Origin: Amoebidium appalachense
Taxonomy: Eukaryota; Protista; Ichthyosporea
Assembly (NCBI GenBank): GCA_963693365.1
Contig: CAVNZM010000008.1
Coordinates: 4,550,310 to 4,614,309, forward strand
DNA: 64,000 nucleotides
Direction of reading: 5' to 3'
The notes under the pieces: model-generated
Database searches by the model: none
What the model was told of the DNA's origin: nothing
Seen by the model: the letters and a program-made list of their open reading frames with translations, nothing else
Part shown: piece by piece, positions 13,501-33,221 of the stretch
How the letters are laid out: each line of letters begins with the position of its first letter
How positions within the stretch are numbered: position 1 is the first letter of the stretch
Made by a program: the position numbers and the translations under genes

Positions 13501-15241
13501 GTAAACACGTAGGATGGGTGTTCGATACCAACATAACCATGTAGGCTTCAATTCGTGTTTTAGCAGTTAGCGGTTGGTGTTGGACATTGTGTTCATAGAA
13601 GCTAGTTCTAGTGCACGTTGTTCCTTCTGTAAGTCAGAAATGATTGCATCTTGTGAGGCCAACCTCTGCTCCAGTAGTTGGACTAGTTGCTGCAACTGTA
13701 AGTTGTCAGACATAGTGTCGTGTATGATGGGTAACTAGTCTATGTGTTTTGTGCACTGGAAACGACAGTAGAAAAGTGTAAATCAAACGTTCTGCTTCCC
13801 ATGTTTGTGACATGGGAGGCACTGCTTTATATAGTCGTTGGCCACCTCATGGTGGCCTCGTGTGCACCCTGGTGGTGGGCCATGTACAGCATGGCCGAAA
13901 AGAGAGCACAATGAAAACAAGTCGTTAAAGATATAAAAGTTAACTGTGCACGTTGAGTGGCTAGTTAACTTGCACTAAAGCACACAAATAAACGTGTTTA
14001 ACACACCAATTGCAGTTAAACGTAAATCTTGCTTCACACAACTAAAAATATTCTGAGAATATCCGGGAATAAAGCACACTACCACTCTAAGAATAGAATC
14101 CTGTGGCAAATATAGACATGACATCATCTGAACCGGGAATAGCCGAAAAGAGAGCACAATTAGCACGTTGCTAGTGAAGCTCGTCATTGGTACAGTTTTG
14201 GCTCAAACATATAACTACCATATATGAATATGACCGTAAACAAAAGCTCTATGCACTCGAGTGAGTGTTGAAACAGTTATTCAATTGCTCAGAAACTTTC
14301 TCTAACAGACATTGCTAGCCGGGAGTACCAGTGTACTCCAACATTGGCTGCCCGCACACGGGCACCTATTAGCCAGTCAAAACATCAGATACCACAGATC
14401 ACTAGACCGAGTTACGATTGGCTCGGATCAGATTTCACATATCACTAGATCGATTTTTGATTGGCTCAGATCGGTAGGCTTAGGTATATAAGCACGACAG
14501 TTTTTAGCAGATCAGCAAGCTACAAACACATCTTCTGTGTTTAGCATCCACAGCCTTACAGCTATATATTCCTTTTCACCCACCCACCTACACCCACACA
14601 CAACCCCCATTGATCCACACATACGTGCTGTTTTTTCACGGGGCGAAGACTTCCCCCGTTTTTTGGGCACATGGACCTCACGGATCAATAAATTGATGAC
14701 TGGGGGCTTGCCGTGGTTTACAACCATTGCAGGTTCACTTTCGTCCAAGGGGATGTCCCCCTAGAGGCAACACACGTCCCGGAGTAGTTTTTCATAGAAC
14801 TGCAATTGGTGTGTTAAACACGTTTATTTGTGTGCTTTAGTGCAAGTTAACTAGCCACTCAACGTGCACAGTTAACTTTTATATCTTTAACGACTTGTTT
14901 TCATTGTGCTCTCTTTTCGGCCATGCTGTACATGGCCCACCACCAGGGTGCACACGAGGCCACCATGAGGTGGCCAACGACTATATAAAGCAGTGCCTCC
15001 CATGTCACAAACATGGGAAGCAGAACGTTTGATTTACACTTTTCTACTGTCGTTTTCAGTGCACAAAACACATAGACAAGTTACCCATCATACACGACAC
15101 TGTGTCTGACAACTTACAGTTGCAGCAACTAGTCCAACTACTGGAGCAGAGGTTGGCCTCACAAGATGCAATCATTTCTGACTTACAGAAGGAACAACGT
15201 GCACTAGAACTAGCTTCTATGAACACGATGTCCAACACCCC

Positions 15242-15290
<49 letters not shown>

Positions 15291-15463
15291 CACCCACCCA
15301 CCCATCCCACCTACCCATGTCTGCACAATTCAATGTCATAAGGTTCGACATTGACTTTTCAACCGGACTCCTGTTCTGACTTCAATTTCTCCTCCACAGA
15401 TTCGTAAGTCACGGAGGTGATATGCAAAGCGGAGGGTCTATTGACCGGCTGGGTGACGGATAG
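2584..15463 (+). CDS. Tentative small spliced gene (exons 2584-2640, 3013-3047, 15400-15463; 51 aa, unknown function) whose second intron holds the copia/YR nest
   Basis: Donors GG|GTAAGT (2641) and GG|GTATGT (3048); acceptors TTGAAG| (3012) and CTGAC..CCACAG| (15399). Phases join to MTADFGVPGGKELENAVNG-HTECVLCDLHCG-FVSHGGDMQSGGSIDRLGDG*. No recognisable homology. Confidence 0.3.
3098..3862 (+). repeat. 5' LTR of copia-A
   Basis: Starts TGTTGGA, ends TCCAACA; TATATAAA at 3607. Matches 8217-8541 joined to 14798-15237, with two substitutions seen. Confidence 0.97.
3727..4935 (+). CDS. gag: copia-A Gag (CCHC knuckle plus two CHHC motifs); starts inside the LTR
   Basis: CHGCGKPGHIKSQC knuckle and copia gag-like helical region. 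Out of frame with pol at the G7 run (4782-4788). Confidence 0.9.
   Translation: MSDNLQLQQLVQLLEQRLASQDAIISDLQKEQRALELASMNTMSNRVMGPSRNDSIKFKVDIPLFTGIDNDSGTDYHTWAETMYVQLSGAGLLHTIAPSTEHPATREQVDTARSYLWQALSVDVRCILGLTRTTTPAEIWSALSAHYLEQSEANQYDLIGLYMNFTPEPTDTATKYAMKLRGYVRRLADYGTQIGDAQVLTKLTNDLGKVPYYEMPVIAYKMTPKPTVMGVLQQLRAYETSHPRARVTTSSGPAAFTTRAPQPVICHGCGKPGHIKSQCPNGNGQHSNSGNNRASTYPKGSCVNHPLSTSHTTAMCKGGNRANGRKPKGGPLPPGSCINHPASTTHTTAQCKGGLLLPGLSSCLATTVAPTRCSSTLEPLTMCAPGPMCSSTCVRRLTPRSK
3863..3875 (+). promoter_or_regulatory. Primer-binding site for a half initiator tRNA-Met (Hemivirus type)
   Basis: GGGTTATGGGCCC directly after the LTR, complementary to the tRNAi-Met anticodon arm as in Drosophila copia and yeast Ty5. 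Confidence 0.85.
4776..8031 (+). pseudogene. pol: copia-A Pol (protease, integrase, RT, RNase H) with a frameshift in RNase H near 7640
   Basis: LLDSGATDH; WHYRLGH..CEPC; VHSD, SDGGGEY, QQNGTAER; KARLVARG, LYGLKQAPR, YVDD; GYSDSDY, then GGPVSW..STEAEF..KHIDVRY..ADMFTK in the next frame. An extra TCCTCCC sits between N and GGPVSW. Confidence 0.93.
8217..8541 (+). repeat. Left part of copia-A 3' LTR, preceded by PPT GAGTAGGGG (8208-8216)
   Basis: Matches 3098-3422 apart from one substitution; stops at GATTTACGTTT. Confidence 0.95.
8963..10132 (+). CDS. gag: Ngaro Gag-like ORF1 with zinc fingers
   Basis: First ATG at 8963 (MPPKKR); CQRCGFPDHPSAAC; CRNFH..C..PC.FSHVCPLCSGTHPRKDC. Confidence 0.88.
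   Translation: MPPKKRQASAAAPAAAPKRLTRSDLRHRLTNAPAATDAPPASHTTTDPDPPATLPSTPEVPPQAPPSPQMTSQDAVLAALTAISTQMAGVLAALTNRDPPAPPAAPSTPGEVSPGLHLGPDLDLPALPAPPITGENTGDIQPGTLPLPPADVLADLRANRFVDLYKFTPAALLAPSKKGQHLRMADDGSIETFRQDKPVPLRSLVIWIQAWTHYMAAKHHLGLPTDKDVLWTQHITRLSTRYPWAQIHNYDVYARTVAHQQGRAPIECPNLLAQLHQDLLLPPTLLIQDACQRCGFPDHPSAACPMYPKPGCGLDGFKPPHKPGGGHTPNRPGPQPGPAKPARPVDLPATHCRNFHINGRSCAKQPCPFSHVCPLCSGTHPRKDCKHNA
10429..12258 (+). CDS. Ngaro reverse transcriptase / RNase H (no ATG before the RT core; probably reached by splicing)
   Basis: KYRRIHHLSWP, ADVQAAFRH, LPFGLKSSP, HYVDD, ATDAAGSVGLG, IELLAI, CDNTG, LADAISR. Confidence 0.93.
12310..13341 (+). CDS. Tyrosine recombinase of the Ngaro element (probably reached by splicing)
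   Basis: LLRSGE (R), SKTD (K), HSLRIGGAT (HxxR), LGRWSSDCFLIY (W, Y). Confidence 0.95.
   Translation: MAPHFAPAELLRATTTLQECQALSLNLDSRAFYSRVQKVFIDFCVASRLQSSSGSSLPASPHTVQLFLAWCAQRGVQASSLTGYNSAITRLHLDMGLPAPYPHDKSLAWFLRGVGRWQLSHNIRPRSSTREPLLPSHLRLLHGQCPTKASSANLRLWTALIVGFCGLLRSGEFTSKTLTSFDPSRHVKRKDVTFSYTPTGTLSHATLHLPTSKTDVQARGVNVTLAALPLTHFSPAHLLRQFLDTTSGQPDDPLFSLGGIPYTKSAFSADFRALLSRAGLSPSRFAGHSLRIGGATALAEAGVDDSRIKQLGRWSSDCFLIYTRLRPASIAATTTRVFASILK
13578..14343 (-). mobile_element. Solo LTR of copia-A family, inverted, inside Ngaro repeat A2
   Basis: Reverse complement of 3098-3862 with intact TG/CA ends. Flanked by a TTGG duplication (13574-13577, 14344-14347) relative to uninterrupted A1 (AGCGGTTGGCTGCCC). 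Confidence 0.95.
14798..15237 (+). repeat. Right part of copia-A 3' LTR
   Basis: Resumes exactly at AACTGCAATTGG and ends TCCAACA. The gag ATG reads GTG in this copy (15102). Confidence 0.95.
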
Positions 15464-15503
15464 TGGTGTTTTTTTTTTTTTTTTTTCTTTCTTTCTTTTA
15501 AAC

Positions 15504-15548
<45 letters not shown>

Positions 15549-16550
15549 GGAAAAAAAAAAAAAAAAAAAAAAAAAACCTTCCCCCATCCCCACCTTGTTC
15601 TTGAGTGTTGCGCTTGTGCCGGTGTCTTCAAGGCATTCTTTCTTCTTCCTTCTTCTTTTCTTCCTCGTTTCCATTTTTCTTCTTTCGGTTTTTTGGTTTT
15701 CCATTGGCTTATTGGTTTTGTTGACCTCGTGAGGGGATTTAAGGGTTCGTCTATTGTTTTCAGTGGGTTTCTTATGTAGGGGTACCCGGTGTTCGCAGCC
15801 ATACCCTGACTTGTGTTATTAATTGTAAATCGACGCGATGTGTACACTATGCAACACTATAAATTTGTACATACTATGTTCGGTGTTTTGATTGGTTTGC
15901 ATAAAAGGATATAATGAAAGGTGGTGTATTTTGTAGTGTATTCACTCTATTTTCGTATACTTATGAGTGTGTCGGTGTGTGTAGGTGTACAAGAGCAGAC
16001 CGTGTAAAACCAGCTATGCTATAAGGTGCTCAGCCAACAGTAGTTACTCCGTCTTTTGCAATTAAACTGTGTGTGTAAAGTGCTTATGATAGCTTATGAA
16101 TGTACTTTAGAGAGAAAGGCTATACCAGGATACCACGGTTTTTTTACAAGTAAGGACGTTGATAGTACCTGAAGACAGGCAGTGCTTAGAAATGTAACGG
16201 ACGGGAAGCTACTCGTGCCTGTCTCTAGATTTGATTAGAAAAGTTAAGATACGGCTTTGTTGCAGATACAGGCATGGTATGGTATGGTCATACACATGGA
16301 AGATGTAGTGAGAATATCTATGATATACAATAGGCAGTTTGCATTCCAAAGGGCCTGGAAGATTATTGGCTGCCGCTGGTAGGTGTTGCCGTTGGGGGGG
16401 TTTTTAAAACAACAATGGTATGTTAGGTTTGTAATAATTTTTATCAGATTAGGCAGCACCAAACATATGGTAGCGTACTTGTAGCAAATTGAACCATCAT
16501 AATAATTATGGTTTCTATCTCGTGTTGTGAATGAAAGGTGTATCCCATTA

Positions 16551-16650
16551 CTAGAGAATAACCTCATTGGAAATGACCATTCGGTGCAACCTCCGCCCTC
16601 CTAGAGAATAACCTCATTGGAAATGACCAATCGGTGCAACCTCCGCCCTC
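16551..16650. repeat. 50-bp tandem duplication
   Basis: CTAGAGAATAACCTCATTGGAAATGACCA(T/A)TCGGTGCAACCTCCGCCCTC twice, one mismatch. Confidence 0.9.
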
Positions 16651-16675
16651 CCCCAGCAGCAGCAGCCGCGGCCGG

Positions 16676-16780
<105 letters not shown>

Positions 16781-17319
16781 ACACACAGTGTCATGTACGC
16801 ACGCATTGTGTACACGCACACAAAAAAGGGAGGGATTTCAAGGGTGTGTGTGTGGGGGGGGGGGGGGGGGGGGAGGGGGGCAGGGGGGAGACCTCCTTCT
16901 AGGCTGCACTGTCACTCTAACTCCAGATCTGTTATCTGTTTTTTCCATCCTTCTCTCTCTACCTTGTGTACATAATTCCCCCCTCCCCTCCTCCCTCCCT
17001 CCAACAACAACAACAACAAAGGGGGGGGGCGGACCTTAAAGCCCGAGGTGCACCTTTCCTCTAACTCCCAGCCAGACTCTGTGATCTATCCCTTCCCCTC
17101 CTCTCTCTCTTTTCCCGGCCCGGGGGATAGGGGGGGGGGAACGGGGTTATTTGATTAAACCTGATGCGGCAACTTCATCAAGTTGGGTTGTGGCCTGCTG
17201 GCCTGGTAGTTTAACGGTCCGACGGTGACTGCCCGAATGTGCAGTTGTGTGTTGCGCGTTTTAGGTGTGTGAGTGTGCACGTGTGTACGTCGATCTGCAT
17301 GTGTGAAAATAAATAGCAG

Positions 17320-17366
<47 letters not shown>

Positions 17367-18219
17367 ATAATGGTGTGTTTTCAAGGCTTTGTCGGTCCGG
17401 GCACCTTGTATTGACAATATTATTAATGCCATCGGGCCCATGCTGTTCAACTTGATCAACTGACACTACGAAGTGTTGCCAAACACTCGTCCCAGCTGGC
17501 CCCCCACCTTTGGGACCATGGCATGGCCACCAGAATTGTTAGGCTGGGGTGTATCATACCATGTATTTGTTTACCTTGGGCTAGTAGGTGTGTTCTAACA
17601 GTTAGCGATAGGATTGGTAATTGCGTGGTAGTGTAGCTGATTGCACTTTTAACACCCTAGCAGGGGTACAATCAGTGCTGTACATGTGTGGAAGGCGGTG
17701 GAACATATGGGTCCCTTTGGGAACAAAACGGGATAAAATCATCATATAAACAAACATGCACAAAAACTCGTCACGGGCCCTGCATGATTTCCTCCTCGAA
17801 AGAAAGTGACCGGTGTCTAGGTGCTTTGGAAAAAACACGAGCTTTATAATTTGCCGACCTAGTACTTTATCCATTTTAACTAAAGGCTTTTGTATACTGT
17901 GTTATAAACTTCAAAAAAATTAAGCCGGATTATGGTTTGGCTTTTTTTATGCATTCATTAATGCACGGTGTTGGACCAATGATTACAACATGCTGCAGCG
18001 TTACTTGTCAACCTATGGCGATCAATGACATGTATTATGTGATTTGTAAAGAAATACTGTTAACGTTTTAAAAAAAATTTGCACTACTAACTAGAGGCTG
18101 TCGACCAATGGTGTCAAAGATGTGTACGTGCGTGAGTATGTACATGTGGCACTAAGTGTGCGCCGTGTGCACGCCATGTGCGTGTGTGTGGTGTGTGTGT
18201 GTGTGTGTGTGTTGTGAGT

Positions 18220-18264
<45 letters not shown>

Positions 18265-18298
18265 TGTGTGCGCGTGTGCGCGCATGTGTGTATACGCG

Positions 18299-18345
<47 letters not shown>

Positions 18346-18517
18346 GCATAATGAGATGTTCAAGTTTTGCTCCGAACCAATCCAGGCCGTCGCACTGACT
18401 ACTCTACCATCACTCCTAATGTTGACGGGTTTACCTTTGCGAGTGGATAAGTCTTGAATTCACGTTTACACATATTACCTAACACATCTTCGTATCCTAA
18501 TAGCCTGATGATGTATA

Positions 18518-18569
<52 letters not shown>

Positions 18570-19306
18570 AAAAAAAAATACACACACACACACGAGGACA
18601 ATGGGAGAAAAAGAGAAGAAAAAAGAAGAGAGAGAGGCAAATTAAAAAAGGAGAAAACAGCAAACGTAAACTACAAAATTGCAAAACATGAACCACAAAT
18701 GGCCTAGCACAAAGACGGAGCCCTTATTATAACGACTTGCACATCCCCCCCTCCACCCCCCCTCCCCCTGCATCCCTCTCTCGCACGGGGTTCTGTTAAA
18801 TTTCTCCTTCGTTTTCTGTGCCTTTCTCTATAGTGCACAAACCGTGTGTAAACGTATCATCATTATCATTTAAACAGTTCAAATCTCTTTGCTGATTGTT
18901 GGCGTCTCGCTACCTCCACGTCTCTTTATCACATTCCCGGGCTACTCACTCATCTCGTGTTCGGTTGTGCACGTGCATGTATGTTTATTTTCATTCACGT
19001 TTTGACCGTTCAAGTAGCAGTATACTGTTTCTCTATGTTCAGGTGCCATATTGCTACTTGAATTTTTTGTAAGTCAGAAGTCGGAAACATTAGTGTACAT
19101 GTGTGCAGCAGTGTCTTTGCCTACGTATACCGTGGTTCATGGCGTGCCAGTGGATGTATAACATCAACTGAACTAAATAACTTGATTTTAAATTTTATTT
19201 ACGTACAATACACAGTGTAGCACCGTCATTATACTAGAAAGTAATACAGCGGTGCCAGAAATAGCGTCAGAAACCTAAAAGTAGATTGTGTTCTGTCGTG
19301 TCTGGC

Positions 19307-29015
<9,709 letters not shown>

Positions 29016-29856
29016 TTCTGTGCGAGCAGAACGTTGGCGCTAATCGCACTCTAGTTGTAGCTTTGGGGTTGATACTGTCACAACTGGCGAAGCGTGAGCC
29101 GACTGAGAGCGAGCTTTGGCGTTGGCCGCTCTGATGCTAAGTTATTGTCCGTGTCGATGTCACTGTGTGTGTATATATAAATAAATACACCTATATGTTT
29201 CCGTAAGCCGCCTTGTTGCGTATAACTTATATGCTTCTCTTTGGCCGTTTGAGTGAACATTAGGCGCCCAAGTTCAGTGCTTTCTCACCACCCTCTAGTA
29301 CATTGCATATGAACTCTGAAAAAGCTGCAAGGAAAACCGTCACTGAGGCAACAAGAGAAGAAAACGGAAGTTCCGTGAACACGACCATTCAAATTGCTCT
29401 TTGATTGGCTAATACGGTATCACTATATGATTGGATCCAACGGGTGTGATCTTCGGATCCCCTCATACTCGATCGGTGGGTCTTTGCCACGGGTGTTTCT
29501 AGATGGCCGTGGTCTTTGCACACATTCGTTTTTGAGTGTTCTGGAATCTGGAGTCTGGAAACGGTTTGCATGGGCTGGTCTAGTGTGGGACAGGTTTTTT
29601 ACTCAAGTGATATACAGAAAGGAATAGAGTATTGCACTCGCTTCTTGCTCTTATTAGCGTATGAAAATAAACATGTGCTACGGGCTTGGGCCGCTTGGCT
29701 AATGAACATTTGAAGATCTAGACAAGCATCTCGATCGCATGCTCGCCGAGGCTCAAGCTTGTCTACAATAATAGATAGCTAGGTCCTAAAGCGAAGATGC
29801 ATCAATCCAAAAATACGTATAGCTTTTTGATATGGGGTCAGAGAGGCATCGTTTTG

Positions 29857-30162
29857 AAATCCATTTGCTACAATAAATACATTTTGATATACCCTTTTGA
29901 CTACAAAGCCACTTAGCGTCGTCCACTTTCAAGTGAATCAAGTCTGTAGCTCTATTGTCATAGTGCCGCGGGCGGGAAACCGTTCACATCATGGCACAAG
30001 TAAGGGCATTGGTCTTGTTCACTATGATATATCTATAATAGTCATTCATTAACGGTCAAAAAGGATCGATTTCATTGAGTTCTAAAATCCACTTGCTACA
30101 ATAATTACATTTTGATATTAGCGTCGTTCACTTTCAAGTGAATCAAGTCTAATGTCATAGTG
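29857..30162. repeat. Local imperfect direct duplication (about 29857-29965 and 30085-30162)
   Basis: AAATCCA(T/C)TTGCTACAATAA(A/T)TACATTTTGATAT...TAGCGTCGT(C/T)CACTTTCAAGTGAATCAAGTCT occurs twice. Confidence 0.7.
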
Positions 30163-30250
30163 GGCAAACATGTAGTCTAGTCATTGAGGGTCAATTTTTT
30201 TTTAAAAAGTCGACTACATTTTTTTTATAATGACTTTATTGAATTCCCAC

Positions 30251-31005
30251 CTCGCGCTGAAATTCAATAAGCACATAAGCCGCTTAAAGAAGTATTTGCC
30301 CTCCCACCCTCTCTTCTCTATCCGACCTGTCCCCTCCTCACCTCTCCCCTCTTTCCTTCCCTCTCTCTCTCCTTCTCCCCCGGGCACTAATACAAATAAC
30401 CCCCGCAAAAGTGTGCGTGTGACTTTGGACTGCCACTACACTTATTAGACATGTACACAATCACAAGATTAATTACACAATATAACAAATGGAATACCAC
30501 ACGACACCAGACCCGATGAAAGCATACACCTTGAAAAACCAAGCCTTATGTCTCGTTTTATATATAATGACCGCCTTAACCATATTGCCAAATATGGCAC
30601 TCGCAAATGTGTAACACCTAAGTACATATATATTACCTTCCTGTAGAATTGGTCTTTCTCTAGCTGATGGTATTATTGATCACATACCACGCTTTTACTG
30701 TACACGTGCCATACAGTGGAGATCTAATAAGTACCGTAGTATGATAAGGTGGCATCGTTTGCATGCCTAAACAACACACCGTGGCACACACACCAGTTTA
30801 AACGGTCATGTATCGCCAAATGTAGTTTGATAGACCACATAATACCGCAACACACACACGTCACATTCACAACAGACACCCAGAAAGATAGCCTACCTGA
30901 AAATTACAATATCCTTGATTTTATACTAAACACGCGTAACTAGGACCTGTTTATTTGATGTATTAATTGGCTTGAGAAACACATCATTACAAAATTCTTG
31001 CGCGC

Positions 31006-31086
<81 letters not shown>

Positions 31087-31215
31087 CCAGCTGATACCGA
31101 GTGTCCCAGGCCGGGGAGCCCAAAAAAAAAAAAAAAAAAAAAAAAAAAAACGGGGAACCCCAACTAATTGATTTCTCTTAGTCTTTATGGTGTCTCGTAG
31201 AGAGAGTAAACCCTG
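30251..31215 (+). mobile_element. Older, frameshifted 3' fragment of LINE family F1
   Basis: Diverged copy of the reverse complement of about 46158-47134, with (CA)n and A-tract. Similarity stops at the first GTAAACCCTG. Confidence 0.9.
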
Positions 31216-32454
31216 TTATACAAGTAGGTCTGTGCGCCGGCTGTCGCCGGCGCCAAAACATAACGAGACAGTTATTGATGTTGGGTTGTGTGGTTGTTAC
31301 CTCCCCTCTCCCCTCCCCCCCCCCGCCCCCCCCCCCCCTCCCTGGCCCCCCCTCACGCTTCCCCGCCCCCCCCCCCCCCCCCCGGCCCCCCCACCTCACG
31401 CTTCCCCCCCCCCCCCCAATCCTGCAGTTGCCGGATCTGCCAAATGTTATGACCCTTTTCCCTTTCATTTACCCCCCCCCCCCCCCCCCCCTTTCTTGCC
31501 ACACTGTGTTATCAGTCTAGGGAGAGATTGCCATTGCCGAAGTACCAAGTTTACTTGTACATGTGGTCCTCCAAAAACATGTAGCTGAAAACCACCAAGT
31601 GCAATATGTTCTAAATTGCTTGCAAAATTTTTATAAAGTTATTATTATCTTGTTGTTTTACTTATTTTACAGAACTGTTTGGTAACCCCCTTTATGATAT
31701 GCATGGGCAGGCGCGCAATAAAACTTTCCACGTGCACTGAGTGCCAGGTGGGCAACATATTTCAGTGAAGTCTGGAATTGGCATCCCCCCCGAAATGTTC
31801 CCGAACATAAAATCATCATTCTACGGTGTCTGTCAAGTCAATATACCATGCTCACAAGTCAGTACTGCATTTATACTATTATCAGTTTACTTCAAAGCAT
31901 CCCCCCCCCCCCCCCCCCCCCCGGCCCTCTTCCCATTCCCTGCCCCCCAAAATTTTAATTTTATGTTTTTCATTCTCAGTGACTAGGGTTTACACACTTT
32001 TTATTGCGTGGACACTGCCGGAGGCCTAGCCACATTCGACGGCCTACTGCGAAATCATGGCACCCGTGTTTTCTAGATATATTTCCTTTCATTGTGTTCA
32101 ACGTCTATGCATATGTGTGTGTGTGTGTGTGTGCATGTTTGTGTGTGTGTGAATGTGTGTGTGTGGGCCAAGTGAAGGTTGTATGCGTTTTTGTCTTCTT
32201 AGTTGTTTTTGTATCTATTCGATTATTACTTTGTGTGTACTTGTGGAAAAAAAACAAATAAAAAATTTTACCAATGACCACCGCCCAGCTTAAATCACCC
32301 TAGCTCTAGTGTAAAAAAATAATAATTATCAGCCACAAACCCTTCTAGTACACTCGCCCCAAATGTCATATTCACATTACTGAGTTGATTTAGTTGCGTT
32401 TTTTACTCTATTTTTTTTCAACAACTGTCTGCTATTAAAACATTAAAATGTACA

Positions 32455-32485
<31 letters not shown>

Positions 32486-32495
32486 GCCACAGGCC

Positions 32496-32583
<88 letters not shown>

Positions 32584-33221
32584 ATAGAAATTACCGTCCT
32601 CATCCCCGTGTCCCCCTAAACCGGTGTTAGCAGACCTTTGAGGTTTTTGTGATTGGATTGGTAGTTCTATTACATTAAAATTTTCAAAATGTCGTTGTGC
32701 CAATGATATATAGTAAACCGCTCGAATTTGGGACACTTTTCGCGTCATCGCGTAAGCGAGCGCTTATGGGTAGCTATTTTTAGCTTTTTTCTGGAACATT
32801 CGAGCATCCCCAGCAAGCCCTGGCACATGGCTACCCCAGTATATAAGTGCTGAGGTTCATAAAACACGTTTCCGACGACTTAGACACGTGAATGTAGCCT
32901 AGGGTATCATCTTGCAAATTTCATTCTGAATTCAAAATGCATTTTTATTTGGGACACGTGTTGCATAGACGTATATGCACACGAACAAGCTGACGCACAC
33001 GCACCAGGGTGTGGTCTCGCTGTTCCTTTCACCATTGCCCACCCCTGGGGCCTTCTCTAGCTTTCAAACCAGTCTGTACACTTAACGAGGCTTCAAGGGT
33101 GCCTGTTTTGCAAAATAAACTAAACACATCATACAACCTATTGCCTGTGACTAAAGACGTCGTTCTGTACTATAAGTGCAACCTACACACGCATGCTCGT
33201 TCCTGTACTGTTAGCACACCT

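Larger units (their letters stand above)
8542..14797 (+). mobile_element. Ngaro-type (DIRS order) tyrosine-recombinase retrotransposon with split direct repeats A1-ORFs-B1-A2-B2
   Basis: A1 8542-8917, B1 13370-13458, A2 13459-14578 (interrupted by a solo LTR), B2 14709-14797. The internal B1|A2 junction CATAG-A-GGTTTT reproduces the joined ends. No TSD, 1-nt A overlap. Carries gag, RT/RH and YR ORFs. Confidence 0.95.
3098..15237 (+). mobile_element. Ty1/copia LTR retrotransposon, family A (3' LTR interrupted by a YR retrotransposon)
   Basis: TGTTGG...CCAACA LTRs of 765 bp, PBS, PPT, and domain order gag-PR-IN-RT-RH. Flanked by C-runs on both sides, so TSD length is ambiguous. Confidence 0.97.

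Noticed and set aside
13370-14797. Hammerhead ribozyme in Ngaro B/spacer or in LINE module Y
   Set aside because: GGACGAAA, TTGATGA and CTGAGG fragments occur, but no CUGANGA plus GAAA core with matching stems on one strand.
32713-32719. GTAAACC in the pogo TIR resembling the LINE terminal motif
   Set aside because: A seven-base match in an unrelated element; pogo-like TIRs commonly start CAGTA, so coincidence is likely.
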